This document shows, one piece after another, positions 1 to 9,015 of a stretch of DNA of 64,000 nucleotides. The first letter of the stretch is position 1; every line of letters starts with the position of its first letter. The stretch covers positions 10,113-74,112 of the forward strand of contig JAYGCV010000128.1 in NCBI GenBank assembly GCA_046583195.1, in the 5' to 3' direction. The position numbers and the translations under genes are program-made. Under the pieces are notes generated by a model. It did not search any database and was not told the origin of the DNA. It was given only the letters and a program-made list of their open reading frames with translations. This DNA is from Myxococcota bacterium. Its GTDB lineage: Bacteria > Myxococcota_A > UBA9160 > UBA4427.

Positions 1-691
1 GCTTTCACGCAATCTCGACCTGCACAAGAACAATGTGTTCCGGCTGCTCGCCACGCTCGAAGAGCGCGGCTACATCGAGCAGTGTTCGAAGAACGACCGC
101 TACCGACTCGGTTCGCGCTGCTTCCAGTTGGGCCAGTCCTTCGCACGCGGTCGCACCCTGCTGGTGACGGCGCGCCCGGCCCTCGAGGCCCTCTCCGCCG
201 AAAGCGGCGAGTCGGCGCACCTGGCTGTGCTCCGTGGCTTCGACGTGGTGCATCTCGATTCCGAAGTGGCGTCGCGTCTGGTGGCGACGACACCGCGCAT
301 CGGCATGAGCCTGCCCGCGCATTGCACCGCGCTGGGGAAGGTCCTGCTCGGTTGTGCAGACGACGAACTTCGCCAGGCCTTCGACGACGAAGTCGTCGCG
401 GTGACGGGGCTCGACGCACACACGCCCAACACCATCACGGATCGCGAGAAGTTCTTCGAGCACCTGCGCAGCGTTCGCGTGCAGGGCTTCGCAACCGATC
501 TCGAAGAATTCGAAACCGGTCTGCGTTGCGTGGCGGCACCGGTTTTCGACCGTGCTGGCGGGGTACTGGCAGCGCTCTCGCTGTCGATGCCGGAGCAGCG
601 CGCGAGCGATGACCAGCTACTGGGCGACCTGGCTTCAAAGGTCGTAGCGGCGGCCCACCGCGTCTCGGAAGGTCTGGGCCAGCTGGCTTGA
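1..691 (+). CDS. IclR-family transcriptional regulator (N-terminus cut by window edge)
   Basis: The frame of ORF 35..691 stays open back to position 2. An HTH-like stretch (NLDLHKNNVFRLLATLEERGYI) is followed by an IclR-type effector domain (GFATDLEEFETGLRCVAAPVFD). Confidence 0.8.
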   Translation, partial: LSRNLDLHKNNVFRLLATLEERGYIEQCSKNDRYRLGSRCFQLGQSFARGRTLLVTARPALEALSAESGESAHLAVLRGFDVVHLDSEVASRLVATTPRIGMSLPAHCTALGKVLLGCADDELRQAFDDEVVAVTGLDAHTPNTITDREKFFEHLRSVRVQGFATDLEEFETGLRCVAAPVFDRAGGVLAALSLSMPEQRASDDQLLGDLASKVVAAAHRVSEGLGQLA

Positions 692-915
692 TCCCGGTCT
701 GCGTGGCCGCCTTTCGCGCGGCTTTCGACTCCCTGCCGCGGGATACGGCCACGAGATAAGCCCACGGGCTAGGCCCACCGGGTGGGCCGCCCGCCGCCTT
801 CCTTGATGGGCTGTTGGGTCTCCCGTAAGCTCGGCGCCTTCCGGATGCCCGGGCCCCTGCGGTTCGCGCTCGTGCCCGATGCCGCCCCCGTCACCCCCAC
901 CCGGAGGTCCACGCG

Positions 916-2055
916 ATGGATTTTTCCCTGAACGACCAGCAGTTGACGCTGCAGGATGCGGCCCGCCGCTACGCCGCCGAAAAGATCGCGCCGGTCGCCG
1001 CTGAGTTCGATCAGAGCGGCGAGTTTCCGCACGAGGTGATCCGCGGAGCGTGGGAACTCGGGATGATGAGTACCTGCGTGCCCGAGGAATACGATGGCAT
1101 CGGTCTCTCGATGCTCGACAGCTGCATCATGGTCGAGGAACTCGCGTGGGGATGTTCGGGGATGACCACCTCGATCATGTGCAACGACCTTGGCCTGATG
1201 CCGATCCTGGTCGCGGGAAGCGACGACCAGAAGCGCGAGTGGATGGCTCCCTGTGCGTCCGAATTCAAGCTGGTCTCGTTCGGGCTCTCCGAGCCCAATG
1301 CCGGTTCGGACGTGGCAGGGCTGCAGTTGCTCGCCGAGGCCGATGGCGACGACTACGTGCTGAACGGCACGAAGTGTTGGATCACCAACGGGGGGCACGC
1401 CGACCTCTTCACGGTCTTCGCCACCCACGACCGCAAAAGCCGCCACAAGGGGATCTCGGCGTTCATCGTACCGGCGGGTACAAAGGGGCTTTCTCCGGGG
1501 AAGAAGGAAGACAAGATGGGGCAGCGTGCCAGCGATACCTGCGTCGTCCACTTCGACAACGTGAGGGTGAAAGCCAGCCAGCGGCTCGGCGCCGAGGGCG
1601 AGGGCTTCCGGATCGCCATGCAGACCCTCGACCGCACGCGGCCCTCGATCGCGGCCCTCGCGGTCGGCATCGCCCGGCGCGGTCTCGACGAGTGCCTCGC
1701 CTACGCCCAGGAGCGAAAGGCCTTCGGCTTCCCGATCGGGAGCTTCCAGGCGGTCCAGTTCATGCTGGCCGACATGGCGAAGGGGATCGAGGCCGCCCGC
1801 CTGCTCACCTACCAGAGCGCGTGGATGGTGGACCAGGGGATGCGGGCCTCGAAGCAGTCCTCCTTCGCGAAGTGCTTCGCCACCGACATGGCGATGCAGG
1901 CGACCACCGACGCGGTCCAGATCTTCGGCGGCAACGGCTACACGAAGGATTACCCGGTCGAAAAACTGATGCGTGACGCCAAGCTGATGCAGATCTACGA
2001 GGGCACGAACCAGATCCAGCGGCTGGTGATCGCCCGGGAGCTGTTGAAGGGTTAG
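916..2055 (+). CDS. acyl-CoA dehydrogenase (short/medium-chain type)
   Basis: 379 aa. Typical ACAD motifs are present ([37 protein letters not shown]). Confidence 0.9.
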   Translation: MDFSLNDQQLTLQDAARRYAAEKIAPVAAEFDQSGEFPHEVIRGAWELGMMSTCVPEEYDGIGLSMLDSCIMVEELAWGCSGMTTSIMCNDLGLMPILVAGSDDQKREWMAPCASEFKLVSFGLSEPNAGSDVAGLQLLAEADGDDYVLNGTKCWITNGGHADLFTVFATHDRKSRHKGISAFIVPAGTKGLSPGKKEDKMGQRASDTCVVHFDNVRVKASQRLGAEGEGFRIAMQTLDRTRPSIAALAVGIARRGLDECLAYAQERKAFGFPIGSFQAVQFMLADMAKGIEAARLLTYQSAWMVDQGMRASKQSSFAKCFATDMAMQATTDAVQIFGGNGYTKDYPVEKLMRDAKLMQIYEGTNQIQRLVIARELLKG

Positions 2056-2265
2056 CGGCCCTCGAGGATGGGTTCGGGGACCCGGCAGCGGGCTTGGCTG
2101 CGGCTCGCGGCGCCCCGTGGGCGATCTGATAGACTCGCGCTCTTCGTTTTTCGGGGTGCGTTGGCCCGGTTACCCGAAATGCGACCGCCTCGAAACGGCG
2201 ATGACTTGCGTCGGAGTTTCCCCCCAAAATCGCTTCGGGTCTAATGCGAAGACGAAGGAAATGCA

Positions 2266-3552
2266 GTGAACGACAAGCAGAAAGCACTCGCGTACCACTG
2301 TGAAGGCCGCCCGGGAAAGATCAAGGTCGTTCCAACGAAGCCAACGGCCACCCAGGAAGACCTGTCCCTCGCCTACAGCCCCGGCGTGGCAGAACCCTGC
2401 CGCGAGATCGCCAAAAACCCCGAAGACGCCTACCGCTACACCGCCAAGGGAAACCTCGTCGCGGTGATCAGCAACGGCACGGCGGTGCTGGGGCTCGGGA
2501 ACATCGGCGCTCTGGCGGGGAAGCCGGTGATGGAGGGGAAGGGAGTCCTCTTCAAGCGTTTTGCCGACATCGACGTTTTCGACATCGAGATCGACAGCGT
2601 GGACACCGACGAGATCGTCCGTACCTGCGAGTTGATCTCCCCGACCTTCGGCGGCATCAACCTCGAAGATTTCCGTGCGCCCGAATGCTTCGAAATCGAA
2701 AGACGCCTCCAGGCATTGGTGGACATTCCGGTCTTCCACGACGACCAGCACGGCACGGCGATCATTTCGGGCGCAGCGCTGCTCAATGCACTGCTGATCA
2801 CCGAGCGGAAGATTGAAGATACAAGGGTGGTGTTCTCGGGGGCTGGTGCCTCGGGTATCGCCTGTGCGCGTCTCTACAAGGACCTCGGCGTCAAGCCCGA
2901 GAACATCCTGCTCTGCGACAGTCGCGGCGTGATCCATTCCGGTCGCGAAGAGGGGATGAACTCCTACAAGGAAGAGTTCGCCATCGAGACCAAGGCGCGC
3001 ACCCTCAGTGACGCACTCGTCGATGCCGATGTCTTCGTCGGACTTTCTCAGGCGGGGCTGGTGAGCCAGCAGATGGTGAAGGCGATGGCGCCGAAGCCCA
3101 TCGTCTTCGCGATGGCGAACCCCGACCCGGAGATCACCCCCGAGGATGTCGCTGCAGTGCGCCCGGACGCGATCACGGCGACCGGCCGCTCGGACTACGC
3201 GAACCAGGTGAACAATGTGCTCGGTTTCCCCTTCATCTTCCGGGGGGCTCTCGACGTGCGCGCGCGGGAGATCAACGAGCCCATGAAGCACGCCGCGGTG
3301 CAGGCGCTCGCCGAGCTCGCCCAGCGCGGCGAAGCGGTGCCCGAGGTGGTCCGCCGCGCCTATCCGAACGAGAATTTCGACTTCGGGCCCAAGTACATCA
3401 TCCCGAAGCCCTTCGATAGCCGGGTGCTGCAATACGTGGCGCCGGCGGTCGCCCAGGCAGCCGTGGACAGTGGCGTCGCGCGCCTCGACCTCGACATCGC
3501 CGAGTACGAGCAGCGCATGATCCAGAAGATCGGCGAACTCTCGAACTCCTGA
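2266..3552 (+). CDS. NAD(P)-dependent malic enzyme (no PTA domain)
   Basis: 428 aa. Malic-enzyme signatures are present ([51 protein letters not shown]). Confidence 0.9.
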   Translation: MNDKQKALAYHCEGRPGKIKVVPTKPTATQEDLSLAYSPGVAEPCREIAKNPEDAYRYTAKGNLVAVISNGTAVLGLGNIGALAGKPVMEGKGVLFKRFADIDVFDIEIDSVDTDEIVRTCELISPTFGGINLEDFRAPECFEIERRLQALVDIPVFHDDQHGTAIISGAALLNALLITERKIEDTRVVFSGAGASGIACARLYKDLGVKPENILLCDSRGVIHSGREEGMNSYKEEFAIETKARTLSDALVDADVFVGLSQAGLVSQQMVKAMAPKPIVFAMANPDPEITPEDVAAVRPDAITATGRSDYANQVNNVLGFPFIFRGALDVRAREINEPMKHAAVQALAELAQRGEAVPEVVRRAYPNENFDFGPKYIIPKPFDSRVLQYVAPAVAQAAVDSGVARLDLDIAEYEQRMIQKIGELSNS

Positions 3553-3598
3553 GGGCCATGGCTGTGCAACCCGCGACGTTTCAAGGAGCGAGGAGTCC

Positions 3599-5149
3599 AT
3601 GTCGATCACCGAGCAGCTGAAGAAGCTCGAACAATTGAATGCCCAGGTGGCCCTCGCCGGAGGCGAGGCGCGGATCGAGCGTCAGCATAAGCTCGGAAAG
3701 TTGACGGCGCGCGAGCGCTTCGAGCTGCTCTTCGATCCCGGGACCTTCGTCGAGATCGACAAGTTCGTGGTGCATCGCTGCACCGACTTTGGGATCCAGG
3801 ACCAGAAGTACCTCGGAGACGGCGTGGTGACCGGCTATGGCCGGGTGCACGGGCGCAAGGTCTTCGCCTTCGCGCAGGATTTCACGATCTTTGGCGGCAG
3901 TCTCTCCGAGGCCTTCGCCCGCAAGATCTGCAAGATCATGGATCTCGCGATCAAGGTGGGGGCTCCTGTCATTGGCCTGAACGACGGCGCGGGAGCGCGG
4001 ATCCACGAGGGTGTGAACTCGCTCGGCGGTTACGGCGACGTCTTCCTGCGCAACGTGATGTCTTCGGGGGTGATCCCGCAGATTTCGACGATCATGGGCC
4101 CGTGTGCCGGCGGCTCGGTCTATTCCCCGATCCTCACCGACTTCCTGATCATGGTGCAGGAGACCAGCAACATGTTCATCACGGGCCCGGACGTGGTGAA
4201 GACGGTGACCCACGAGGAGGTCAGCGCCGAGGATCTCGGCGGGGCGATGGTCCACGCGACCCGGAGTGGCATCGCACACTTCGCGGCGAAGGACGAGCAG
4301 GAGTGCATCGAGACGATCAAGCACCTGCTCTCCTACCTGCCCCAGAACAACATGGAGACGCCGGCTTTCGTCGCCACCCAGGATCCGGCGGATCGGATGG
4401 ACCCGGAGCTGCGATCGGTGATTCCGGAAAACCCGAACGAGCCCTACGACATCAAGGACATCATCCTGAAGACGGTGGACGACGGACAGTTTCTCGAGAT
4501 CCACGAGCGCTACGGCCGCAACGTGGTGGTGGGCTTTGCGCGATACGGCGGCCACGCTGTTGGCATCGTGGCGAACCAGCCGGCGGTGATGGCGGGCTCG
4601 CTCGATATCGAAGGCTCGCGCAAGGCGGCGCGCTTCGTTCGCTTCTGCGACGCCTTCAACATCCCGCTCGTCACCTTCGTCGATACCCCGGGCTTCCTGC
4701 CGGGGACCGATTCGGAGCACGCGGGCATCATCATCCACGGGGCGAAGCTGCTCTACGCCTTCTGCGAGGCGACGGTGCCGCGCATCACGATCGTCACGCG
4801 CAAAGCCTACGGCGGCGCCTATGTCGTGATGAACTCAAAGCACATCCGCGCGGACGTCAACCTCGCCTTCCCGAGTGCGCAGATCGCGGTGATGGGCCCG
4901 GACGGCGCGGCCAACATCGTCTTCCGCCGGGAGATCAAGGCCGCCGAAGACCCGGCCGCGAAACGCCTCGAGCTTCAGCAGGAGTACACCGACGCCTTCG
5001 CCAACCCCTACAAGGCCGCCGAGCTCGGTTTCATCGACGACGTCATCGTCCCCGAGCAGACGCGACCGCGGGTGATCGACGCCCTCGACCTGCTGGCCGG
5101 GAAGAAGGACGAAAACCCGCCGAAGAAGCACGGCAACATCCCGCTCTAG
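3599..5149 (+). CDS. pccB: acyl-CoA carboxylase carboxyltransferase subunit (propionyl-CoA carboxylase beta / methylmalonyl-CoA carboxyltransferase type)
   Basis: 516 aa with a two-lobed carboxyltransferase pattern (GRVHGRKVFAFAQDFTIFGGSLSE, IVANQPAVMAGSLDIEGSRKAARFVRFCDAFNIPLVTFVDTPGFLPG). Confidence 0.9.
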   Translation: MSITEQLKKLEQLNAQVALAGGEARIERQHKLGKLTARERFELLFDPGTFVEIDKFVVHRCTDFGIQDQKYLGDGVVTGYGRVHGRKVFAFAQDFTIFGGSLSEAFARKICKIMDLAIKVGAPVIGLNDGAGARIHEGVNSLGGYGDVFLRNVMSSGVIPQISTIMGPCAGGSVYSPILTDFLIMVQETSNMFITGPDVVKTVTHEEVSAEDLGGAMVHATRSGIAHFAAKDEQECIETIKHLLSYLPQNNMETPAFVATQDPADRMDPELRSVIPENPNEPYDIKDIILKTVDDGQFLEIHERYGRNVVVGFARYGGHAVGIVANQPAVMAGSLDIEGSRKAARFVRFCDAFNIPLVTFVDTPGFLPGTDSEHAGIIIHGAKLLYAFCEATVPRITIVTRKAYGGAYVVMNSKHIRADVNLAFPSAQIAVMGPDGAANIVFRREIKAAEDPAAKRLELQQEYTDAFANPYKAAELGFIDDVIVPEQTRPRVIDALDLLAGKKDENPPKKHGNIPL

Positions 5150-5227
5150 GCCCGTCCCGGTTTCTGATGACGTCCCCGTTTCTGACGTTTCTGATTATTT
5201 CGGACGCGCCGCGTACTTTCGGGTGAC
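5150..5227. repeat. intergenic repeat element (CGTCCC(C)GTTTCTGA tandem copies plus a TTTCGGACGCGCCGCGTAC motif), member of the CGGGGACG-core family
   Basis: It fills the whole convergent gap between the pccB stop and the ubiquitin-like gene stop. It contains cgtcccggtttctga, cgtccccgtttctga and tttctgatta direct copies. The motif GGACGCGCCGCGTAC resembles GGACGCGCGCGGGTAC at 53213. Confidence 0.5.
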
Positions 5228-5569
5228 TCAGATCATCCCGCCCACCAGCAGTGCAAGGCCAGCGCCCCCAAGGAGAGGGAGCGCGGACCCGAACACGAGA
5301 TAGATCGTCGACTCGGTTCCGATGCCATAGTCCGAAAGAGTGCGGCTGTCTTCCATTTCCCTGCCCGCGAATACGAGGAACTGCTCGGCGGGCGGAATGC
5401 CTTCCTTGTCCTCAATCTTGTGCTTGACGTTCTCGATGGTGTCGCCCGATTCGACTTCCAGGAGGAGGGTCTTTCCGGCGCTCGTCTTCACGAAGATCTG
5501 CATGGCGAAGCTAACGTTGGCCAGAAGCACCAAGGCGGTGACGACCAGAGCCAGCTGGGTTCGGTTCAT
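5228..5569 (-). CDS. exported ubiquitin-homolog protein (signal peptide + ubiquitin fold + hydrophobic C-terminal tail)
   Basis: 113-aa ORF. Residues 1-22 ([22 protein letters not shown]) look like a Sec signal peptide. Residues 23-94 ([72 protein letters not shown]) align without gaps to eukaryotic ubiquitin. The tail is [19 protein letters not shown]. Confidence 0.9.
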   Translation of the reverse strand: MNRTQLALVVTALVLLANVSFAMQIFVKTSAGKTLLLEVESGDTIENVKHKIEDKEGIPPAEQFLVFAGREMEDSRTLSDYGIGTESTIYLVFGSALPLLGGAGLALLVGGMI

Positions 5570-5590
5570 CGGAGTCTCACGCGATTTGCA

Positions 5591-5605
5591 ATCTGAACGG
5601 TTCAG
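5591..5605. promoter_or_regulatory. perfect 15-nt palindrome TCTGAACGGTTCAGA upstream of the ubiquitin-like gene (possible operator)
   Basis: 7-bp arms around a central G. It lies 22-36 nt upstream of the ATG at 5569, in the comparatively AT-rich 102-nt spacer after tatC. Confidence 0.3.
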
Positions 5606-5671
5606 ACGGTGACGCCCCGATAAAATTTGCAGGCGGGGGAGGCCGAACCGTTTCTCTCGCCGTCCCGCCGG

Positions 5672-6391
5672 CTATTTTTTGCCGAAGAGCCAGGCGACAC
5701 CGACGCCGACCAGGTAGAGCCCGATCATCGGGATCGCCAGCAGGATCTGCGAGATCCAGTCGGGCGGAGTGAGAATGGCGGCCGCCACGAAGACCGCCAG
5801 CACCGCGTAGGGGGTCCCCTTGAACAGCTGCTTCGCGGTCACGATCCCTGAGAGCGACAAGAAGAAGACGAACACCGGGAGCTCGAAGGCCAGGCCAAAC
5901 GCGAGAAAGAGCCGCGTCGTCAGCGCGAAGACCTCGCGCATCGTCCAGGCCGAGTGCACGAACTCGCTGTCGAAGCCCGTGAAGAACCCGAACATGATCG
6001 GGAAGACCACGCTGTAGCCGAAGAAGGCGCCCAGCAGGAAGAGGCCGGTCGACGTCACCACGAAGGGGACGACGAAGCGTTTTTCGTTTGCGTACAGCCC
6101 CGGCGAGATGAAGGCCCACACCTGCCAGAAGAAGACCGGAAGGGCCAGCACGAAGCCCGCCAGCAGGGCGGACTTCAGGTAGGTGAAGAAGATCTCGGTG
6201 GGGGCGATGGCCTGGAGCGTCGTGCCCTCGGGTGCCAGGGCGGCAACGGCCGGCGCCAGTAGGATCGCGAAGATCTGTTCGGCGAAGCTCCAGGCCAGGA
6301 TGGCGCCGACGAACCACGCCAGCAGGACCCGCAACAGCCGCGACCGAAGTTCGACGAGATGCTCGGTAACGGGGAGAGCGGTTTCATCCAC
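5672..6391 (-). CDS. tatC: twin-arginine translocase subunit TatC
   Basis: Polytopic membrane protein with TatC motifs (HLVELRSRLL, FFWQVWAFISPGLY, ILTPPD). The likely GTG start at 6391 gives VDETALPVTEHLVELR, which matches the spacing of the E. coli TatC N-terminus, and overlaps the tatA stop. The ORF track extends to 6460. Confidence 0.9.
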   Translation of the reverse strand: MDETALPVTEHLVELRSRLLRVLLAWFVGAILAWSFAEQIFAILLAPAVAALAPEGTTLQAIAPTEIFFTYLKSALLAGFVLALPVFFWQVWAFISPGLYANEKRFVVPFVVTSTGLFLLGAFFGYSVVFPIMFGFFTGFDSEFVHSAWTMREVFALTTRLFLAFGLAFELPVFVFFLSLSGIVTAKQLFKGTPYAVLAVFVAAAILTPPDWISQILLAIPMIGLYLVGVGVAWLFGKK

Positions 6392-6731
6392 CGCCGGGCT
6401 CGTGTCCTTCGTCCGGCAAAGGCTTGCGAGGCTCGTCGTTCGGGGTGGCCTCGGTGCCATCCTTCAAAGCACTGGTTTCGGGCGTGCTGCTGGGGTCGGT
6501 CTGCTCGAGATCAGGAGGCGCAATGCGGTAAGAATCCGATGACGCCGCGCGCTTCAAATCTTCGCTGATGTCGGCCTCCTGGATGCTGCGACGCAGGTCG
6601 TTCGAATGGCGACGAAACTCGGCCATGCTGCGGCCCAGCGATTGCGCGAGACCCGGAAGGCGTTTCGGTCCGACGACGATCAGCGCGACCGCGAGGATGA
6701 GGACCAGTTCCGTGGCACCGATTCCGAACAC
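6384..6731 (-). CDS. tatA: twin-arginine translocase TatA/TatB-family subunit
   Basis: The N-terminus MFGIGATELVLILAVALIVVGPKRLPGLAQSLGRSMAEFRR is the canonical TatA/E/B TM-plus-amphipathic-helix signature. The C-terminal tail is acidic and Pro-rich. Confidence 0.9.
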   Translation of the reverse strand: MFGIGATELVLILAVALIVVGPKRLPGLAQSLGRSMAEFRRHSNDLRRSIQEADISEDLKRAASSDSYRIAPPDLEQTDPSSTPETSALKDGTEATPNDEPRKPLPDEGHEPGGG

Positions 6732-6779
6732 ATCGGTACTCTAGCAGGCGGCGCAAGGACCCCGAACCGGGGGCGGCAG

Positions 6780-8654
6780 TCAGGAGCGTGGCGGAGCCGG
6801 CAGATCGATCACCAGCAGGCTCTCGCCGCCGCTGCCGGCGTTCAGGGTGAAACTCCCTCCGAGCGCGTCGACCACGCTGCGAGCGGCTACGAATTCGAAC
6901 ACCTCTTCGGCTTCGGCCGACGTCCGCGGTGCGCCGCCGCCGATAGCATCGGCCCCGACGAGCTCGCCCAGAAATGGAGCGCACTCAAAGCGCAGCAGGA
7001 TCCGCGCGCGTGCCGCGCGCTCATTGGTTTCTGCCAGGTGGTGCGAGGCCAGGAAGAGCGTGCCCCCCCGCGGCAGCCACTCGACCGCGCGTTCCAGGAC
7101 GCCGGCCAGTGCCGCTTCGAGCAGGCTGGCATCGGCGTGGGCGCGGCTTTCGCCTTCTTCGATTTCGGTTTCGAATAGACTGGCGCGCTCGTCGAGCACC
7201 TCGCTGCAGGCGTCGGCAAGGTGCCGCAACAGCGCCGACAGATCGATCTCGACGATGTCCGGGTTTTGCAGCGCGCGGAGGTTACGCAGTGCTGTAACCA
7301 CGTCCCGGATCCGCTCGGCATCCGCTCCAACTGCGTCCGGTTCCGAAAGCAGGGCGCCTGCTTCCGCGCCCTCCGGCCCCCCGGCGAAGGATTCGATCGA
7401 GACGAGGGGTTGGCGGATCTCGCGGTTCGCGGCCTCCACCAGCTTCGCCCAGGCAGATTCACCGGGCGATGCAAGCGCAGGCTCGGGCCTCGGCGGCTCT
7501 GAGGGAGGGGAGGACGGCTCGTCCCCCTCCGCCGCCAGGGGCAGGCCGGCGCTGGCTACCGGGTCACTTTCGAAGCGGAGCCCCCGCGGACCCAGGGTCT
7601 CGCCCTCGCAACCCGCGAGGCTGCGCAGCAGGACGCTTTCGGCCTCTGCGAGGTTTCCCGGCCAGGGATGGGTCCGCAGCACTTCGAGGGTGTCGTCGCG
7701 CAGCTGCGGCGCGGGGCGCCCGCGTTCTGTGCCCCAGGCCGCCAGCGTCGAGGCGATCAGATGGTCGAGTGTCCGGGGCTGGTCGCGCAGCGCGGGCAGC
7801 TCGACGACGCGTGAGGAGAGCAGTCGCTCGAGGCGCGCTTCGAAGCGTGTGCTCCGATGGCCCTCTGCGTCGGCGCCCGCGATCCAGCGCACGCAGAAGA
7901 GCCCAGAACCGGCGGGCGGCTCGAAGGCGATCCAATCGGCCAGCGTGTGCTGCAAGGTGGCCGGAAGCCGATCGACGTCGGCCAGGAAGACCGTTCCGCA
8001 GGCGGCGGATCGATCCCCGCCCAGAGCGTCTTCGAGTTCACGCCGCGAGCGCACTGCGCTCCCGGGAATCGAAACGAAGCGCGTATGCGGGTCGGGGCCG
8101 TGCTCGTGGAGGTAGCGTGCGAGCAGCGCACGTCCGCTCCCGGCTTCGCCCCGGATCAAGAGCGAGAGACCGCGCGCGCGCGGGTCGGTCGCCCCGAGCA
8201 GGGTTGCCGAAGGCGCTTCGCCAAACCAGCGGGCGAAGCGTTGGCTCACGCTCTCGCGTCGTCGCCGCGCCGAGAGCGGCAACACCGACTCGCGTTCGAT
8301 CGAGTCGAGCAGCAGCTGCGACAGCGCGCGCGGGTCCGGCGGCCAGGGGAGGATGTCGGCACGCAGGCTGTCGAAGAGTCGCCGTGCGTCCGCGTGGTCC
8401 TTTTCTTCGCACACCAGGATCCAGCGACGCGCGCCGAAACGCGGTGCCAGCCGGTGGGCGAACTCGAGTTCGAGTTCGAAATCGTCTTCCAAGCCGAGAA
8501 TGATCGCGCGCGGTTCGGGCACCGCCTCCGAATGGAAGACGGGGTCCCCGGGTCCGCCGGTGGCGATCGCGATCCTCTGGTTCACCAGACGCACCAGCGC
8601 CGCCCGGCGTTCCGGGTGGCGATGCACGATCCAGATGGCGGGGTCGGTTTGCAT
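6780..8654 (-). CDS. degenerate REC-like / NtrC-type AAA+ / histidine-kinase-like fusion protein
   Basis: Probable start is MQTDPAIWIV (ATG at 8654). The AAA+ core has GEAGSGRALLARYLH, VFLADVDRL and HPWPGNLAEAES. The C-terminus has a DHp-like ANREIRQPL and a CA-like GGSFTLNAGSGGESLLVIDLP. No C-terminal HTH is present. Confidence 0.75.
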   Translation of the reverse strand: MQTDPAIWIVHRHPERRAALVRLVNQRIAIATGGPGDPVFHSEAVPEPRAIILGLEDDFELELEFAHRLAPRFGARRWILVCEEKDHADARRLFDSLRADILPWPPDPRALSQLLLDSIERESVLPLSARRRRESVSQRFARWFGEAPSATLLGATDPRARGLSLLIRGEAGSGRALLARYLHEHGPDPHTRFVSIPGSAVRSRRELEDALGGDRSAACGTVFLADVDRLPATLQHTLADWIAFEPPAGSGLFCVRWIAGADAEGHRSTRFEARLERLLSSRVVELPALRDQPRTLDHLIASTLAAWGTERGRPAPQLRDDTLEVLRTHPWPGNLAEAESVLLRSLAGCEGETLGPRGLRFESDPVASAGLPLAAEGDEPSSPPSEPPRPEPALASPGESAWAKLVEAANREIRQPLVSIESFAGGPEGAEAGALLSEPDAVGADAERIRDVVTALRNLRALQNPDIVEIDLSALLRHLADACSEVLDERASLFETEIEEGESRAHADASLLEAALAGVLERAVEWLPRGGTLFLASHHLAETNERAARARILLRFECAPFLGELVGADAIGGGAPRTSAEAEEVFEFVAARSVVDALGGSFTLNAGSGGESLLVIDLPAPPRS

Positions 8655-9015
8655 TCGTGTGGTGGCTCTCTCTGCCGCCTCGGCGGCGGGGGTGCACGGG
8701 TCCGCAAAAACAAGGGGCAAGTCGCGTGCCAATCCGGCCCGGCGGCAGTCCCCAGGCAGTTTACCCGTGGATCGACTGCGGCGAAACGCAGCGCATGCGC
8801 CGACGCGCGCAGGCCACGCGCAAAAGCCCGGCCTACTCGTGCGGCATGCCCTGGAATGAGAGAAAGTTTTTACCCTCGCGGTCGCACGAACTTCCACCGG
8901 GCACGCCCTCGATTGCCCCGCGCGGCGGCTTCTGCGAGCCTCGGGCTGCGCCGGGTTTCGGGGGCCTGCATTCGTAGACCCACGGCCCATGAAAGCTTCG
9001 GGAGGGACGGGAAAA

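Noticed and set aside
5504-5569. Possibility that the ubiquitin-like protein is a Tat substrate, given the adjacent tatA-tatC.
   Set aside because: The signal peptide has a single Arg (MNRTQ) and no S/T-R-R-x-F-L-K motif, so it looks Sec-type.
5228-5569. Ubiquitin ORF as eukaryotic contamination or a chance ORF.
   Set aside because: It is flanked on the same contiguous sequence by bacterial pccB and tatC and carries a bacterial-style signal peptide. Its GC is well above typical eukaryotic ubiquitin genes of most hosts, and about 68% identity over 72 residues cannot arise by chance.
8899-8916. Sigma-54 promoter-like GGCAC ... TTGC upstream of the secreted-protein gene, next to an NtrC-like gene.
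   Set aside because: The GG-to-GC spacing is 3 nt longer than the strict -24/-12 geometry, and the adjacent AAA+ protein lacks GAFTGA and a DNA-binding domain.
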